A stretch of 64,000 nucleotides of DNA from a virus (taxonomy: Duplodnaviria; Caudoviricetes): positions 28,861 through 92,860 of IMG/VR virus record IMGVR_UViG_2627853687_000001; one strand, 5' to 3'. This document shows, piece after piece, positions 55,219-64,000 of the stretch; positions within the stretch are counted from its first letter, which is position 1, and each line of letters begins with the position of its first letter. A program made the translations under genes and the position numbers. Below the pieces are notes generated by a model, which saw only the letters and a program-made list of their open reading frames with translations, made no database searches and was not told the DNA's origin.

Positions 55219-56958
55219 TTAGCTGCCGGTGCCGGTGGCAGCTGCTGCAGGAGCGGTTTCGCCTTCGATCTGCTTACCGGTCAGCATGTTGTAAGCACCG
55301 ACTTTGGTGTTGGTCAGGGTCAGCTTGGCGAAGTAGTTTTCACCATTACGCGGGTGCAGCTCGTTAAGGGAAGAGCCCCACAGCGTTGTGCGGTTGACCA
55401 GTGAAGGGTTGGTTTCATGGACATACGGAATGGCTGGAACAGCGTCGCCGGCGATTAGGCCTGCGTCACCGATGGAATCACCGCGGCCGTAGAAAAGAAT
55501 GTCTTCTTTACCCAGCGCCACGCCGTTTGCAACGAACTGATCGCAGATAGCGGTAGGGACTTCGAAGATCTGATAGATACCAAACAATGTGCCGATACGC
55601 TGGATGTACGGTGACTGCACAAAGTTAGGATCAGCCTGGAAGACGTTAGCAGGCAGGCTTTTGAGGAAGTTAGCCGCCTCGCCACCAGCGAAGCCGCCAC
55701 GGATACCGGCTTTACGGGTGCGGTTAACCATGTCGGTGCTCAGCTGGGTGATCGCGTGCTTCATCAGGCCTACCCACGATTCGTAGGTCTGACCTTCCGG
55801 CAGTGCCACGTCAAATTCACGGTCATAGACGTTATGGAAAGCCATTGTGCGCAGGCGCATCATGTCCTGCTCATGGCTCAGCCAGTTGCGCATAGCGGTA
55901 AACTGGGTAGAAGACAGGTTGATGCCAAATTCACGGCTCAGATCCGACGCTGCCATAACAGTGTGCTCAGACGCGATCACGAACTGTGAGGGCTTAACGG
56001 TGAACTCACGCATGGACTGGTTGATAACAGGGATCAGGCCTGGTGCTTTCTCTACGTTGATCTCAACCTGTGCCGCCAGCTCAGTACCTTTAGCCGGTGC
56101 ATCGGTGAAGGTCACAGCGATGGTGCCTTTCTCGTAATCAACCTTACAGGTAGCCGCAAACACGTTGCCTTTAACGTCTTTGTCGGAGAAATACAGGTTG
56201 CCATCGCCGTCATCGACTTTGCCCGGACGACGGTTGATCAGCAGCTTGGCGCGGCCAGCACGGATAGGCATATCCGCGCCTTCGACTGTCTTAAGGGAGA
56301 AGGTGAAGGTCTTCTTAGTGCCGTCCGGCTGCATTGCGGCAGGGAAGGGATACAGGCGCTTCATCTGCGAGTACACAGCAGCAGACTGCATGTGCATCTC
56401 GTCACCCTGCTCAAAGGTGCCGAACTTGGTACCGGCGACGTTCAGGAGCTCGTAAATCTTCGCTTCGTCTCGCTCACACGGAACAAAGGTACACGCGTCG
56501 CTGGTGGCCGCGCCCAGCACCGCTGGCAGGATCAGTGCGGCAAACTGCGCCTGACGCATAACGCCATCAGAGGTGCGCATGTCAGCTGCGACAGATTCAA
56601 ACATCGCTTTGCCGCTGCCTTCGTGCTTTTCAGCCGCTGATTCGAACATCAGATTTTCCAGCGCACGGCTGGCGTTCGCCAACTGGTCAGCTGGTGGATA
56701 GTGACCGTGACGCTCTTTGTACTCGATCATGCTCGACGCCCAGGCGGTGCCGACAATACGGCAGAACTCCGGGTTAGCACCTTCAAACATCGGGTCCTGG
56801 CCTGCAGCATTGCCAATGTTCTGAGACATTTCGATGCGATCAGCAATCATCGCGCCAGAAGCATTGCGTTGTGCATCAACGGTAAAAGCCATGACACGCG
56901 AGGCGCGGGTCATGATGTCCTGCTCACGCATACGTGCAGGGGTAATATCTTTGCTCAC
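55219..56958 (-). CDS. major capsid protein gp23
   Basis: 579 aa; ALILP..LGAATSDACTF.P, GDAVPAIP, NRTTLWG; upstream of the sheath gene as in P1. Confidence 0.92.
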   Translation of the reverse strand: MSKDITPARMREQDIMTRASRVMAFTVDAQRNASGAMIADRIEMSQNIGNAAGQDPMFEGANPEFCRIVGTAWASSMIEYKERHGHYPPADQLANASRALENLMFESAAEKHEGSGKAMFESVAADMRTSDGVMRQAQFAALILPAVLGAATSDACTFVPCERDEAKIYELLNVAGTKFGTFEQGDEMHMQSAAVYSQMKRLYPFPAAMQPDGTKKTFTFSLKTVEGADMPIRAGRAKLLINRRPGKVDDGDGNLYFSDKDVKGNVFAATCKVDYEKGTIAVTFTDAPAKGTELAAQVEINVEKAPGLIPVINQSMREFTVKPSQFVIASEHTVMAASDLSREFGINLSSTQFTAMRNWLSHEQDMMRLRTMAFHNVYDREFDVALPEGQTYESWVGLMKHAITQLSTDMVNRTRKAGIRGGFAGGEAANFLKSLPANVFQADPNFVQSPYIQRIGTLFGIYQIFEVPTAICDQFVANGVALGKEDILFYGRGDSIGDAGLIAGDAVPAIPYVHETNPSLVNRTTLWGSSLNELHPRNGENYFAKLTLTNTKVGAYNMLTGKQIEGETAPAAAATGTGS

Positions 56959-57009
56959 AATTCAGCCCTTTTTTCAGGGCGCGGCTGCGAGGGAATTTTT
57001 GACGAGGCA

Positions 57010-57030
57010 AATTTATGCGGTTTGTACTTT
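57010..57030 (-). promoter_or_regulatory. late-promoter motif upstream of gp23
   Basis: AAAGTACAAACCGCATAAATT. Confidence 0.7.
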
Positions 57031-57127
57031 GCGGTGTGAGAGAGGCAAGAAAAGATTTTAAAATCTAAGGATAATTTTTATGTTTTGATGTACCTTTCCG
57101 GCATGTAATTGACCACTGGTAATCCTC

Positions 57128-57550
57128 ATGTCTTATAAGCTCTATTTTCAGTACGCCAACGGCACCAAATCCCACACATTAGCAACCGGAAGCCAGCGCG
57201 ACGCCCGTCACCATCTGGACTATCTGCTCAGCGAAAAAGAGCCACGTTCGCTGGCTAAGCAGATCGTCATCATGTACGGCGTTGAAATCATCATGGAGGC
57301 ATGCCCGACGTTAGAGGACGACGCTATTCGCGGTATGGCGCGCTGGCGCAGGGCAGGGAATACGCAGCAGATGCACACCCCGGTAACAGCGTCCATTTAC
57401 ATGCCACTCGCGGCGCGTGAATTTCTGGTTAATCAGGGTGACGGCTCCCTGGCGGCGGGCATGCGTAAAATAATGCTGGAGATTGGCGGGCCAGAAGTCG
57501 CAGCGGGTTATATGGTAGAAAATCAGGCCGAAACCGTCGCAGAGGCATAA
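57128..57550 (+). CDS. hypothetical protein with possible C-terminal ribbon-helix-helix
   Basis: ASIYMP..AREFL...GDGSLAAGMRKI; operator motif at 57059. Confidence 0.65.
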   Translation: MSYKLYFQYANGTKSHTLATGSQRDARHHLDYLLSEKEPRSLAKQIVIMYGVEIIMEACPTLEDDAIRGMARWRRAGNTQQMHTPVTASIYMPLAAREFLVNQGDGSLAAGMRKIMLEIGGPEVAAGYMVENQAETVAEA

Positions 57551-57552
57551 AG

Positions 57553-57578
57553 AAAAACAGCCCCGAAGGGCTGCTTTC
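57553..57578. terminator. bidirectional terminator
   Basis: aaaaacagccc-cgaa-gggctgcttt. Confidence 0.75.
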
Positions 57579-57879
57579 AGAGGCTGACGTTATGGTCTGA
57601 TATCAGGCCATTTCGCCGGTTGCATTCATCGACTAATGTCAGTATCCGCGCCACATAAGCGGGTAATTGGTCAGTGAATCCGGGGATGTTTTCATCCACC
57701 TGGCACGGCTGGTAAACCTGTGCCTTCTGCGGCGGCAGTTCCACCAGCTTTGTGACCGTCACGACTTCGGGTGTTAATGGCACGGGCTTTGTCCCGGAGC
57801 ATGCGAATAACGCTGGCAGGCAAAGCAGTATGATTAACACCAGCAAGCAGTATCGCACGGTTGATTTCATCAATTTCAT
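57577..57879 (-). CDS. o-spanin lipoprotein (Mlp-like)
   Basis: Signal peptide with lipobox LFAC, Pro-rich region, ECN.R; overlaps the 3' end of the i-spanin gene. Confidence 0.8.
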   Translation of the reverse strand: MKLMKSTVRYCLLVLIILLCLPALFACSGTKPVPLTPEVVTVTKLVELPPQKAQVYQPCQVDENIPGFTDQLPAYVARILTLVDECNRRNGLISDHNVSL

Positions 57880-58216
57880 TCTGACTATCCTCTTTAAGTT
57901 TCTCTAATTCCTGCTCCAGCTCCGCCTGTTTCTGCACGTATTCCTGCCGGTCCTTTTCCCGCTTAGCCAGTGTCTGCTGCAGCGTGGCCAACTGCGTCTG
58001 CTGATCCGAAAGCGCGGTTTTCAGCGTACTGTTATTGCCGGTGAGCGTTTTGTTATTAGCGGTTAGCGTGGTGTTGTTCGACTCCAATTCCGCGACGTGC
58101 GCAAAATGGTCCGTAATTGTCACGTAGCCCTTATGGCCCAGCAGCAGCAAAGCCGCGCAGAACGCCACGGCGACAGCGCGTTTAAGCCAGCCGATGAGGG
58201 TGATTTCACTGAACAT
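57692..58216 (-). CDS. i-spanin (PpfA-like)
   Basis: N-terminal TM, long coiled coil, LPASVIRML. Confidence 0.8.
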   Translation of the reverse strand: MFSEITLIGWLKRAVAVAFCAALLLLGHKGYVTITDHFAHVAELESNNTTLTANNKTLTGNNSTLKTALSDQQTQLATLQQTLAKREKDRQEYVQKQAELEQELEKLKEDSQNEIDEINRAILLAGVNHTALPASVIRMLRDKARAINTRSRDGHKAGGTAAAEGTGLPAVPGG

Positions 58217-58269
58217 GGTTATTCCTGTGTAAGCGCAGCCATGACGGCTGCGTGCATGAGAGAGGGCAA

Positions 58270-58554
58270 TCAGTTCACCTGAAATCCGGCATCGCCTGTT
58301 GCGACTGTCGATCCGCATGAAACCTGATCGTCAACGCACACAATGCCTTTGCCATTGATGGTGAACCATGGACGGCCAGAGACCGCCTTACCGTTGTGGG
58401 TGCTTTTGCCGTCCGTGTGGTCCTTAAACAGCTTGCCATCCACCAGCACGGACTTGCCGTTGATAGACAGCCCAGCGTCAGCCTCAGCAGTCTGGCGCGA
58501 AGGGAATGAACCGTGTCCGGAGCAAACGGAATCCAGCGTACCGGCAGCAGGCAT
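58270..58554 (-). CDS. PAAR-like spike tip protein (UpfC-like)
   Basis: CSGHG.FP.R, INGK x2, H..H, D.VSCG. Confidence 0.88.
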   Translation of the reverse strand: MPAAGTLDSVCSGHGSFPSRQTAEADAGLSINGKSVLVDGKLFKDHTDGKSTHNGKAVSGRPWFTINGKGIVCVDDQVSCGSTVATGDAGFQVN

Positions 58555-58588
58555 CAGACCGCCCCGGCGCCGGAGCGCGCGTTACTGG

Positions 58589-59170
58589 TCATTGCGACTC
58601 CATCAGATCATAAAAATCATCCGGGATATCACTGAAGGTCACGAACAGACCCAGCCAGACGGCACGGCTTGCATCGGTGATATAGCGCGACAGCTTGACG
58701 GTACTCAGTACCTTCTCAACCCATTTGATCTGCATCAGCTGGTCTGCCGGAGACATTTCGCTCCAGGCGTCGGTAGACATATCGCGGCCCAGGTTAAGCG
58801 CATAGATTGCGGACCACATGACGGGCATAAGATCGACGGTCTCAGGCTCATCGGATAGTGAGTCCTTCATGTCCATATAGAACTCAGTTGTCGCCAGACA
58901 GATGTAAGCCGGGATCAGCAGATAGCGATGTTCAGGACGCATGGCCATCATGCGCACGCGGGTATCTTCCGCCGTAGCATTTGCCATCGTCTGCTCAATC
59001 ATGGTGTTGCGCGTGGTGCGCTGTGACGGAGTAAGACGCCAATACGGCGTTTCCATCAGCGTGCGCGTTTCACGCGAATAATCGTACTCATAGGAAAACT
59101 GCGGATCTTCGCGCAGTGCCATGTTCAGGTTATGGAACAGCTCAAAATGCGTGGCTTTACGGTTGCTCAT
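58589..59170 (-). CDS. hypothetical late protein
   Basis: 193 aa ATG ORF behind a late-promoter motif. Confidence 0.7.
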   Translation of the reverse strand: MSNRKATHFELFHNLNMALREDPQFSYEYDYSRETRTLMETPYWRLTPSQRTTRNTMIEQTMANATAEDTRVRMMAMRPEHRYLLIPAYICLATTEFYMDMKDSLSDEPETVDLMPVMWSAIYALNLGRDMSTDAWSEMSPADQLMQIKWVEKVLSTVKLSRYITDASRAVWLGLFVTFSDIPDDFYDLMESQ

Positions 59171-59200
59171 AATTCATCCGATTTGGTTAGTGGAGCGGGG

Positions 59201-59221
59201 AGAATATGAGGTTTGTAATTT
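59201..59221 (-). promoter_or_regulatory. late-promoter motif of the PAAR/spanin operon
   Basis: AAATTACAAACCTCATATTCT. Confidence 0.75.
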
Positions 59222-59363
59222 TGAAGGGTGAAAGGCGGCAACCTGACATGATTTTAAAGTATAAAGATTTTATAATAATTAATTTAAGTTTTCGCCACTT
59301 TTCCCTTATAGTCTGGCTTCGCGGCAGGTGGTGCCGACGCTTACAGACGAAAAGGAACGTAAA

Positions 59364-59771
59364 ATGAATGATGTTTATGGACGAATGATCCCCACTGTTG
59401 GCCTGCCTATCCAGAAAACCGTGCTGGCATCATCTGAAAGAACCGGTGTGCAGTTGCTGGACTGTGGCGAAGATTGCCAAGGGCGCTATGAAGTGGTTGC
59501 TGCAAATGTGCTGGTGGCCTGCACCGACAGTTACGCGAGAGCAAGAGACTACTATTTCAAAGAAACCAGCCGTGTGAGTGCTGAATGTCAGACTGCTTAC
59601 AATGTAAGGGCCAGAGAAGCAAAGGCGGCAGGGCTTGTTGGCTATCTTTTCCGTGAATATGCCTGTGAGCACATCACGATGGAGCAGGCGCTACAGTTGC
59701 TAAATACACCGCGAGGCATTCCGGCAGAATCACTACCAGCCTTCTGGGATACCGGGATGAAGCTAACCTAA
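59364..59771 (+). CDS. hypothetical protein
   Basis: AAGGA SD before ATG at 59364. Confidence 0.6.
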   Translation: MNDVYGRMIPTVGLPIQKTVLASSERTGVQLLDCGEDCQGRYEVVAANVLVACTDSYARARDYYFKETSRVSAECQTAYNVRAREAKAAGLVGYLFREYACEHITMEQALQLLNTPRGIPAESLPAFWDTGMKLT

Positions 59772-59908
59772 GATTTGGCGGTTTCTTAACACATTTATAT
59801 GATCCGGAAGTCCTTTATAGTGCCAAAGGAAGTTGATGTATGAGAGTCATGCACGTATATAATTGCGTTAGAATGACTTAACGTTTTAAGGATGAAAGGT
59901 AAAGCACC

Positions 59909-60223
59909 ATGACAGTTAATGAATCAGAGTTATTGAAGTCCGGTTTTACTGATGCTGATTTGAAAAAAATCAAAAATAATATTGAAAGCTATGGTGGAAC
60001 GCTGGACGAAGCAGTAGTGGATTTAAAAAACAGATTTAGAGTCCTGTTATGGATGGTTTCAGCCTGCACGCTAGTATTTGTATTTCTTCTCTGTTTCTCG
60101 ACTAAGCCATACATTTTAGGTGGAGGCTTATCTCTGCTGCTCGGTGTAGTCATTGTGACGTTTATTCAACCGCCAGTGCTGGCCTGGAAATCATGGCGCT
60201 ACTGGCGGTCGAAAAAGGCTTAG
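59909..60223 (+). CDS. small 2-TM membrane protein
   Basis: Soluble N-terminus plus two hydrophobic helices; convergent and overlapping with the DUF4225 gene. Confidence 0.75.
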   Translation: MTVNESELLKSGFTDADLKKIKNNIESYGGTLDEAVVDLKNRFRVLLWMVSACTLVFVFLLCFSTKPYILGGGLSLLLGVVIVTFIQPPVLAWKSWRYWRSKKA

Positions 60224-61050
60224 CTTGATTGGTTACTTATGCTGAGTAAATCGAATGTCACCTTAGCCGATACACCCCAGCCGATTATTTTCATGGTCAG
60301 CTTTGGACGGCTCATGGTGTCAATCTTACGGAAGTAATCACGGGGCAGCCATCTGAAAAGCCGCCATGCGCCAGGCTTTCTCGCCAGCCCCCAAACGCTA
60401 TAAATACTGGCTGTGAGCGTTACCGTATTGTAGAAAGCCAGTCCTGACTCTGGTTTAAATCCCATGAATTTTGCAGCCTGCATTGCCCCATCGGCAAACA
60501 TGCCTTCTGTTTGTACGTCAGACAGGTTGGTAATAAGTTCTTTCGACAGGCCATTAAGCCCGTCAACAACGAGAACGGCACCAGCCAGTACGCCAAGAGG
60601 TGTCATTGACGCGATCATCAAAGCACCGCCAACAACAGCAAAACCTGAAAGCGCGACATGAACAGCGGAAATCATGTAACCCACAATTTTGTTGTTTTCG
60701 CGTACAAACTCCACTTTGGCATAGAGTTGTGCTGCCTTTGTGAGCAGTAATCTTCCTTGCTCTTCAAGGTTTTCTGTTTCAGATCTTAGCTGTTTAACGC
60801 ACTCCAGACATTCTTCATCAGATTTTGCTTGTCGGGCGGCGGCAAACTGCTTATCAACAACCGATTTTATTTCCTGGACAAACTGCATCCGGGTAAGCCC
60901 ATCGTTAAGGTGTAAGGCTGACAGCCTGTTAGCTGTATTAATCAGCTTTCTGGCTTCAAGGTTGACCATTTTTTCAGCCCAGGCTTTATTCCTTCCACCT
61001 GAGCGCATCATTTCAAGCAAGGCTGCGTCCATTTTTATCTCCCTGTACAT
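60220..61050 (-). CDS. DUF4225-family membrane protein
   Basis: Helical N-terminus, Gly-rich hydrophobic hairpin (GGALMI...GVLAGAVLVVDGLN), A.FMGF, WRLFR.LP.DY. Confidence 0.7.
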   Translation of the reverse strand: MYREIKMDAALLEMMRSGGRNKAWAEKMVNLEARKLINTANRLSALHLNDGLTRMQFVQEIKSVVDKQFAAARQAKSDEECLECVKQLRSETENLEEQGRLLLTKAAQLYAKVEFVRENNKIVGYMISAVHVALSGFAVVGGALMIASMTPLGVLAGAVLVVDGLNGLSKELITNLSDVQTEGMFADGAMQAAKFMGFKPESGLAFYNTVTLTASIYSVWGLARKPGAWRLFRWLPRDYFRKIDTMSRPKLTMKIIGWGVSAKVTFDLLSISNQSS

Positions 61051-61177
61051 TACATCATCAATAATACTCGCTGATTACTTGCTGTAAACAATGGCAGACC
61101 GTTTCATCGGCTATCGATGATAATCCAATAAAAATTGGCATCAAAAATACGTGCTCTGCTGATAGTCAAACAAAGAC

Positions 61178-61201
61178 AAAAAACCCGCATAAAGCGGGTT
61201 T
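61178..61201. terminator. terminator after dmt
   Basis: aaaaaacccgc-ataaa-gcgggttt. Confidence 0.75.
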
Positions 61202-61209
61202 AGTTCGTT

Positions 61210-63714
61210 TCAGAGAGCGGCAATTATGTCGTTAACTGTTTTGCGCGTCTCACTTTTGCAGGACACAGATCGACGTGTGGCCAGCGGGGCGATTCTGAAG
61301 CCATTGCTGATGTATAGATGCAGAATGGCAGGTGCGCTGCTGTTTGTGATAACCACTTTAGCCCCGCGGTCCCGCGCTGCAACCAGGCACTCCACCAGCC
61401 GCACCTGATCCGCAAACGTGAATGAGGTCCCACTGTAGGCCGTAAACCCGGCTTCGTCCGGCAGAGGCTCATATGGCGGATCACAAAACACTACGTCACC
61501 TTCACCCGCCTGCGCGATCACATCCTCAAATCCGGCACACATAAACGTCATTTCTTTCTGCATGCCGGTGAAGTGCGCCAGTTCATCCATCGGGAAGTAG
61601 TTCGCTTCACCCTTTTTATTCCAGCCCACGTTAAACAGGCCTTTTTGATTGTACCGGCACAAACCGTTGTAGCTGGTGCGCATTAGCGCGAGGAAAAGCG
61701 CTGCATGGCGAACAGCGTGTGCTTTGCGCCCGTTAAATTCGGTTCGGATTGCATCATGTGCCTTACCGGATATGCAGCCTCGCTCCAGCTGGTAGGCCGT
61801 CTTAATTACGGCATCAGGATTGCCCTGCAGCTGATTGAACAGGTTAATCAGGTCCGGGTTAACGTCACCCAACAGGTTGCGCTTAAAGCCTGCGTTGATA
61901 AAGACCGTGCCGCTGCCGACGAAGGGCTCAATGAGACGATCGCCGGTTGGAAGCATCGCCCTGATTTCATCCAGTACAGAGTGTTTGCCACCCGCCCATT
62001 TCAGGAATGAGCGGGGGTATTTGTCGTCCGCAATCCTGCGCGCCGGCGCACGCTTTTTCTTTGCCGATGGTGGAGCGGGAAGAGCTGCTGGCTGAGGCTC
62101 GATTTCATCCGCCACCAGCATAATCTGATTAGCAATCCGATCCCCAATCCAGCGCATAACCGGCACGGGCATGGAGTTCCCGATCGCTTTGTAGCGAGGA
62201 CCATCAGCCGCCAGCCGGTGTGCCTCGTCTTCTTGCATGTCGGGGTGTGTCAGGCGAAGGTATGCGAGCTCATCAGCGGCAAGGGTGTTGCGCTTCTTTT
62301 CGGGGATCAGGGTCCAGCCATCCGGGAAGCCTTGAAGACGCTCACACTCTTTAGGCGTCAGGCGACGCACTTCGCACTGGCTGACAACGGATGGATAGCC
62401 CTGACCGGGTTTACCTCCACCCGCTGACAGCGCGCCGGTGATCTGGCCGTCACCGTTAAACAACCGGAGCTCGCCACGTGTGTTCTCGGCAAAAGCGGCA
62501 TGTTCAACACATCGGGCAACACACGGCGCAGCGTCACCTTTCCCCGTTTCCCCCGATTCAGCGCTGAGCGCATGGCAAACGTCAGCCATGTCGCCACGGC
62601 CATTTCGCGCTATGCGCGTCTGGAAGCCGTAAGCAACAGTCGGCGTGCCGCGCCCGGAACCATCCTCAGAGGCATCGTATCCTTCAGCGGTCAGGGTGTG
62701 GCTTACCTCACCAGTAGCACTCTGCACAGCAAACGTCTCAACATCAAAATCATTGCGCTGACCTTTGGCTGTCAGGCACGCTGCTACATCCAGCGCCCCG
62801 GAGCAATTGCCACCGCCAAACGCAGAAATTAAATGACCGGCTGCAGCATGAGAGAAATCAGGGCCACCGACTCCAGTTCCACATGCAGTAAGAGGGCCAG
62901 CAACTGTCAAACCGCCGTTAAGTTCGAAGTCTCCAAGCCCGCCACCTGCTGAAGCGCGTGAAGTAATAGTTCCGGTAGTTTCCTCTGGCGATTTTCGGCT
63001 CGGCGGAGAATCCCGGCGCACGCCGTCGAACTCAAGAAGTACTTCTGCGGGATCAAAGTCGTTTCGAGCACTTGAGACAACGAACACACGGCGGCGGCGT
63101 TGGGCCACTCCGAAGTATTGGGCATCAAGCAGTCGCCAGGCGAGTTTGCGCTGTCGTCCAATAACACAACCAGACTTTGGCCACTTTGCCACGTGCTTAC
63201 AGGCGCTTTTTTTCCAGCGCCAGCCGGGTCCGTGTTTACCTGGTTCAGGTTCTGGACCTGGTTCGAACGCTTCATTTTCTCCAGCCATACCGGCAAGGAA
63301 GTATCCAAACGCGTTGTCTTCGGTGCTGAGACTTCCCGGCACGTTTTCCCACAGGTGGACGGCTGGTGGTTCGCCGTTTGAAGCTCTTTTTTCGTCAATG
63401 GCATTCGCTAAATCTACATAGGCAAGAGTGAGTTGACCGCGTGGGTCATCAAGGCTTTTACGGAGTCCGGCGATAGAGAACGCCTGGCACGGGGTGCCGC
63501 CCACCATCACGGCGGGGGCAGGGATAGAGCCAGCGCGAACGCCAGCGGCAATCTTTGTCATATCGCCCAGGTTAGGGATGGCGGGATAGTGGTGCGCCAG
63601 TACGGCCGCGGGAAACTTTTCAATCTCCGCGAACCATACCGCTTTCCATCCCAGCCCTTCCCACGCCACGCTGGCCGCTTCAATGCCCGAACAAACAGAG
63701 CCGTAAGTAATCAT
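61210..63714 (-). CDS. dmt: Dmt: fused C5-cytosine and Dam-like N6-adenine methyltransferase
   Basis: SVCSGIE, GGTPCQ, ENVPG, QRRRR, RLQGFP, IGNS; then [19 protein letters not shown]. Confidence 0.93.
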   Translation of the reverse strand: MITYGSVCSGIEAASVAWEGLGWKAVWFAEIEKFPAAVLAHHYPAIPNLGDMTKIAAGVRAGSIPAPAVMVGGTPCQAFSIAGLRKSLDDPRGQLTLAYVDLANAIDEKRASNGEPPAVHLWENVPGSLSTEDNAFGYFLAGMAGENEAFEPGPEPEPGKHGPGWRWKKSACKHVAKWPKSGCVIGRQRKLAWRLLDAQYFGVAQRRRRVFVVSSARNDFDPAEVLLEFDGVRRDSPPSRKSPEETTGTITSRASAGGGLGDFELNGGLTVAGPLTACGTGVGGPDFSHAAAGHLISAFGGGNCSGALDVAACLTAKGQRNDFDVETFAVQSATGEVSHTLTAEGYDASEDGSGRGTPTVAYGFQTRIARNGRGDMADVCHALSAESGETGKGDAAPCVARCVEHAAFAENTRGELRLFNGDGQITGALSAGGGKPGQGYPSVVSQCEVRRLTPKECERLQGFPDGWTLIPEKKRNTLAADELAYLRLTHPDMQEDEAHRLAADGPRYKAIGNSMPVPVMRWIGDRIANQIMLVADEIEPQPAALPAPPSAKKKRAPARRIADDKYPRSFLKWAGGKHSVLDEIRAMLPTGDRLIEPFVGSGTVFINAGFKRNLLGDVNPDLINLFNQLQGNPDAVIKTAYQLERGCISGKAHDAIRTEFNGRKAHAVRHAALFLALMRTSYNGLCRYNQKGLFNVGWNKKGEANYFPMDELAHFTGMQKEMTFMCAGFEDVIAQAGEGDVVFCDPPYEPLPDEAGFTAYSGTSFTFADQVRLVECLVAARDRGAKVVITNSSAPAILHLYISNGFRIAPLATRRSVSCKSETRKTVNDIIAAL
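62907..63404 (-). CDS. nested alternative-frame beta-polypeptide of the C5 methyltransferase
   Basis: [11 protein letters not shown]...CSLSQVLET...YFLS...GILRRA..R...LP..L..AL resembles M.EcoHK31I beta; start uncertain. Confidence 0.7.
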   Translation of the reverse strand: MPLTKKELQTANHQPSTCGKTCREVSAPKTTRLDTSLPVWLEKMKRSNQVQNLNQVNTDPAGAGKKAPVSTWQSGQSLVVLLDDSANSPGDCLMPNTSEWPNAAAVCSLSQVLETTLIPQKYFLSSTACAGILRRAENRQRKLPELLLHALQQVAGLETSNLTAV

Positions 63715-64000
63715 GCGATCACCTCTTCAGCGGCATGACGCACAAGCGCTGCTGGTGGCTTCTCAAAACTAATACGGCTCACGGCTATGTCAAAGTAGCC
63801 ATCATCCATTTCAATGCCAACGAAGCGAAATCCGTTACGCACAGCGGCTTTGCCGGTCGTGCCGCTACCCATGAATGGATCGAGTATCACGCCACCAGCA
63901 GGCGTGACCAAGCGACACAGGTACTCCATCAGAGCGACGGGTTTTACTGTCGGATGATAGTTGCCCTGCATGCTGTTTCCGCCGTTCTCGTGCTGGCGGG
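63711..64000 (-). CDS. N4/N6 DNA methyltransferase, C-terminal part (begins beyond the window)
   Basis: [24 protein letters not shown]; frame open to the window edge. Confidence 0.9.
   Translation of the reverse strand, partial: RQHENGGNSMQGNYHPTVKPVALMEYLCRLVTPAGGVILDPFMGSGTTGKAAVRNGFRFVGIEMDDGYFDIAVSRISFEKPPAALVRHAAEEVIA

Noticed and set aside
58270-58554. PAAR, sheath and tube genes as a T6SS or tailocin
   Set aside because: Capsid, portal and terminase are present, so these are myophage virion parts.

Overview
This window is about two-thirds of a P1/D6-family phage-plasmid from an enterobacterial host. The host may be Pantoea-like, judging from the recombinase and its target site. From left to right it holds: a partial dUTPase, a mat-like gene, a Cre/Dre-type recombinase with a 34-bp lox-like site, C1 repressor, terminase pacB/pacA with a TGATCA pac array, an inserted ParM/ParR partition cassette, lpa, and an early accessory operon. 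That operon contains a ~1.9 kb mostly non-coding, highly structured region. Next come pmgS/pmgM, lxc-ulx-darB, portal, an AT-rich insert with a C4/ash riboregulator, prohead protease, repL with an antisense-controlled leader, a lambda-R-type endolysin and a phosphatase moron. These are followed by ddrB-ddrA-darA-hdf-lydB-lydA, a single tail fibre with no cin/cix, baseplate, tail and head genes, spanins, PAAR, a DUF4225 pair and methyltransferases. The most striking unexplained element is at 11.15-13.05 kb. It is a repressor-controlled array of repeated [long stem]-[tRNA-like cloverleaf] modules with missing or expanded anticodon arms, interleaved with two tiny ORFs. Other highlights: three Tad2/DUF2829-like genes (one under a C4 antisense switch), inferable C1-operator and late-promoter motifs, a probable +1/-2 tail-chaperone frameshift, and a nested out-of-frame beta subunit inside dmt. 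Gene names come from recalled similarity to P1 proteins plus synteny. No database search or folding computation was run.
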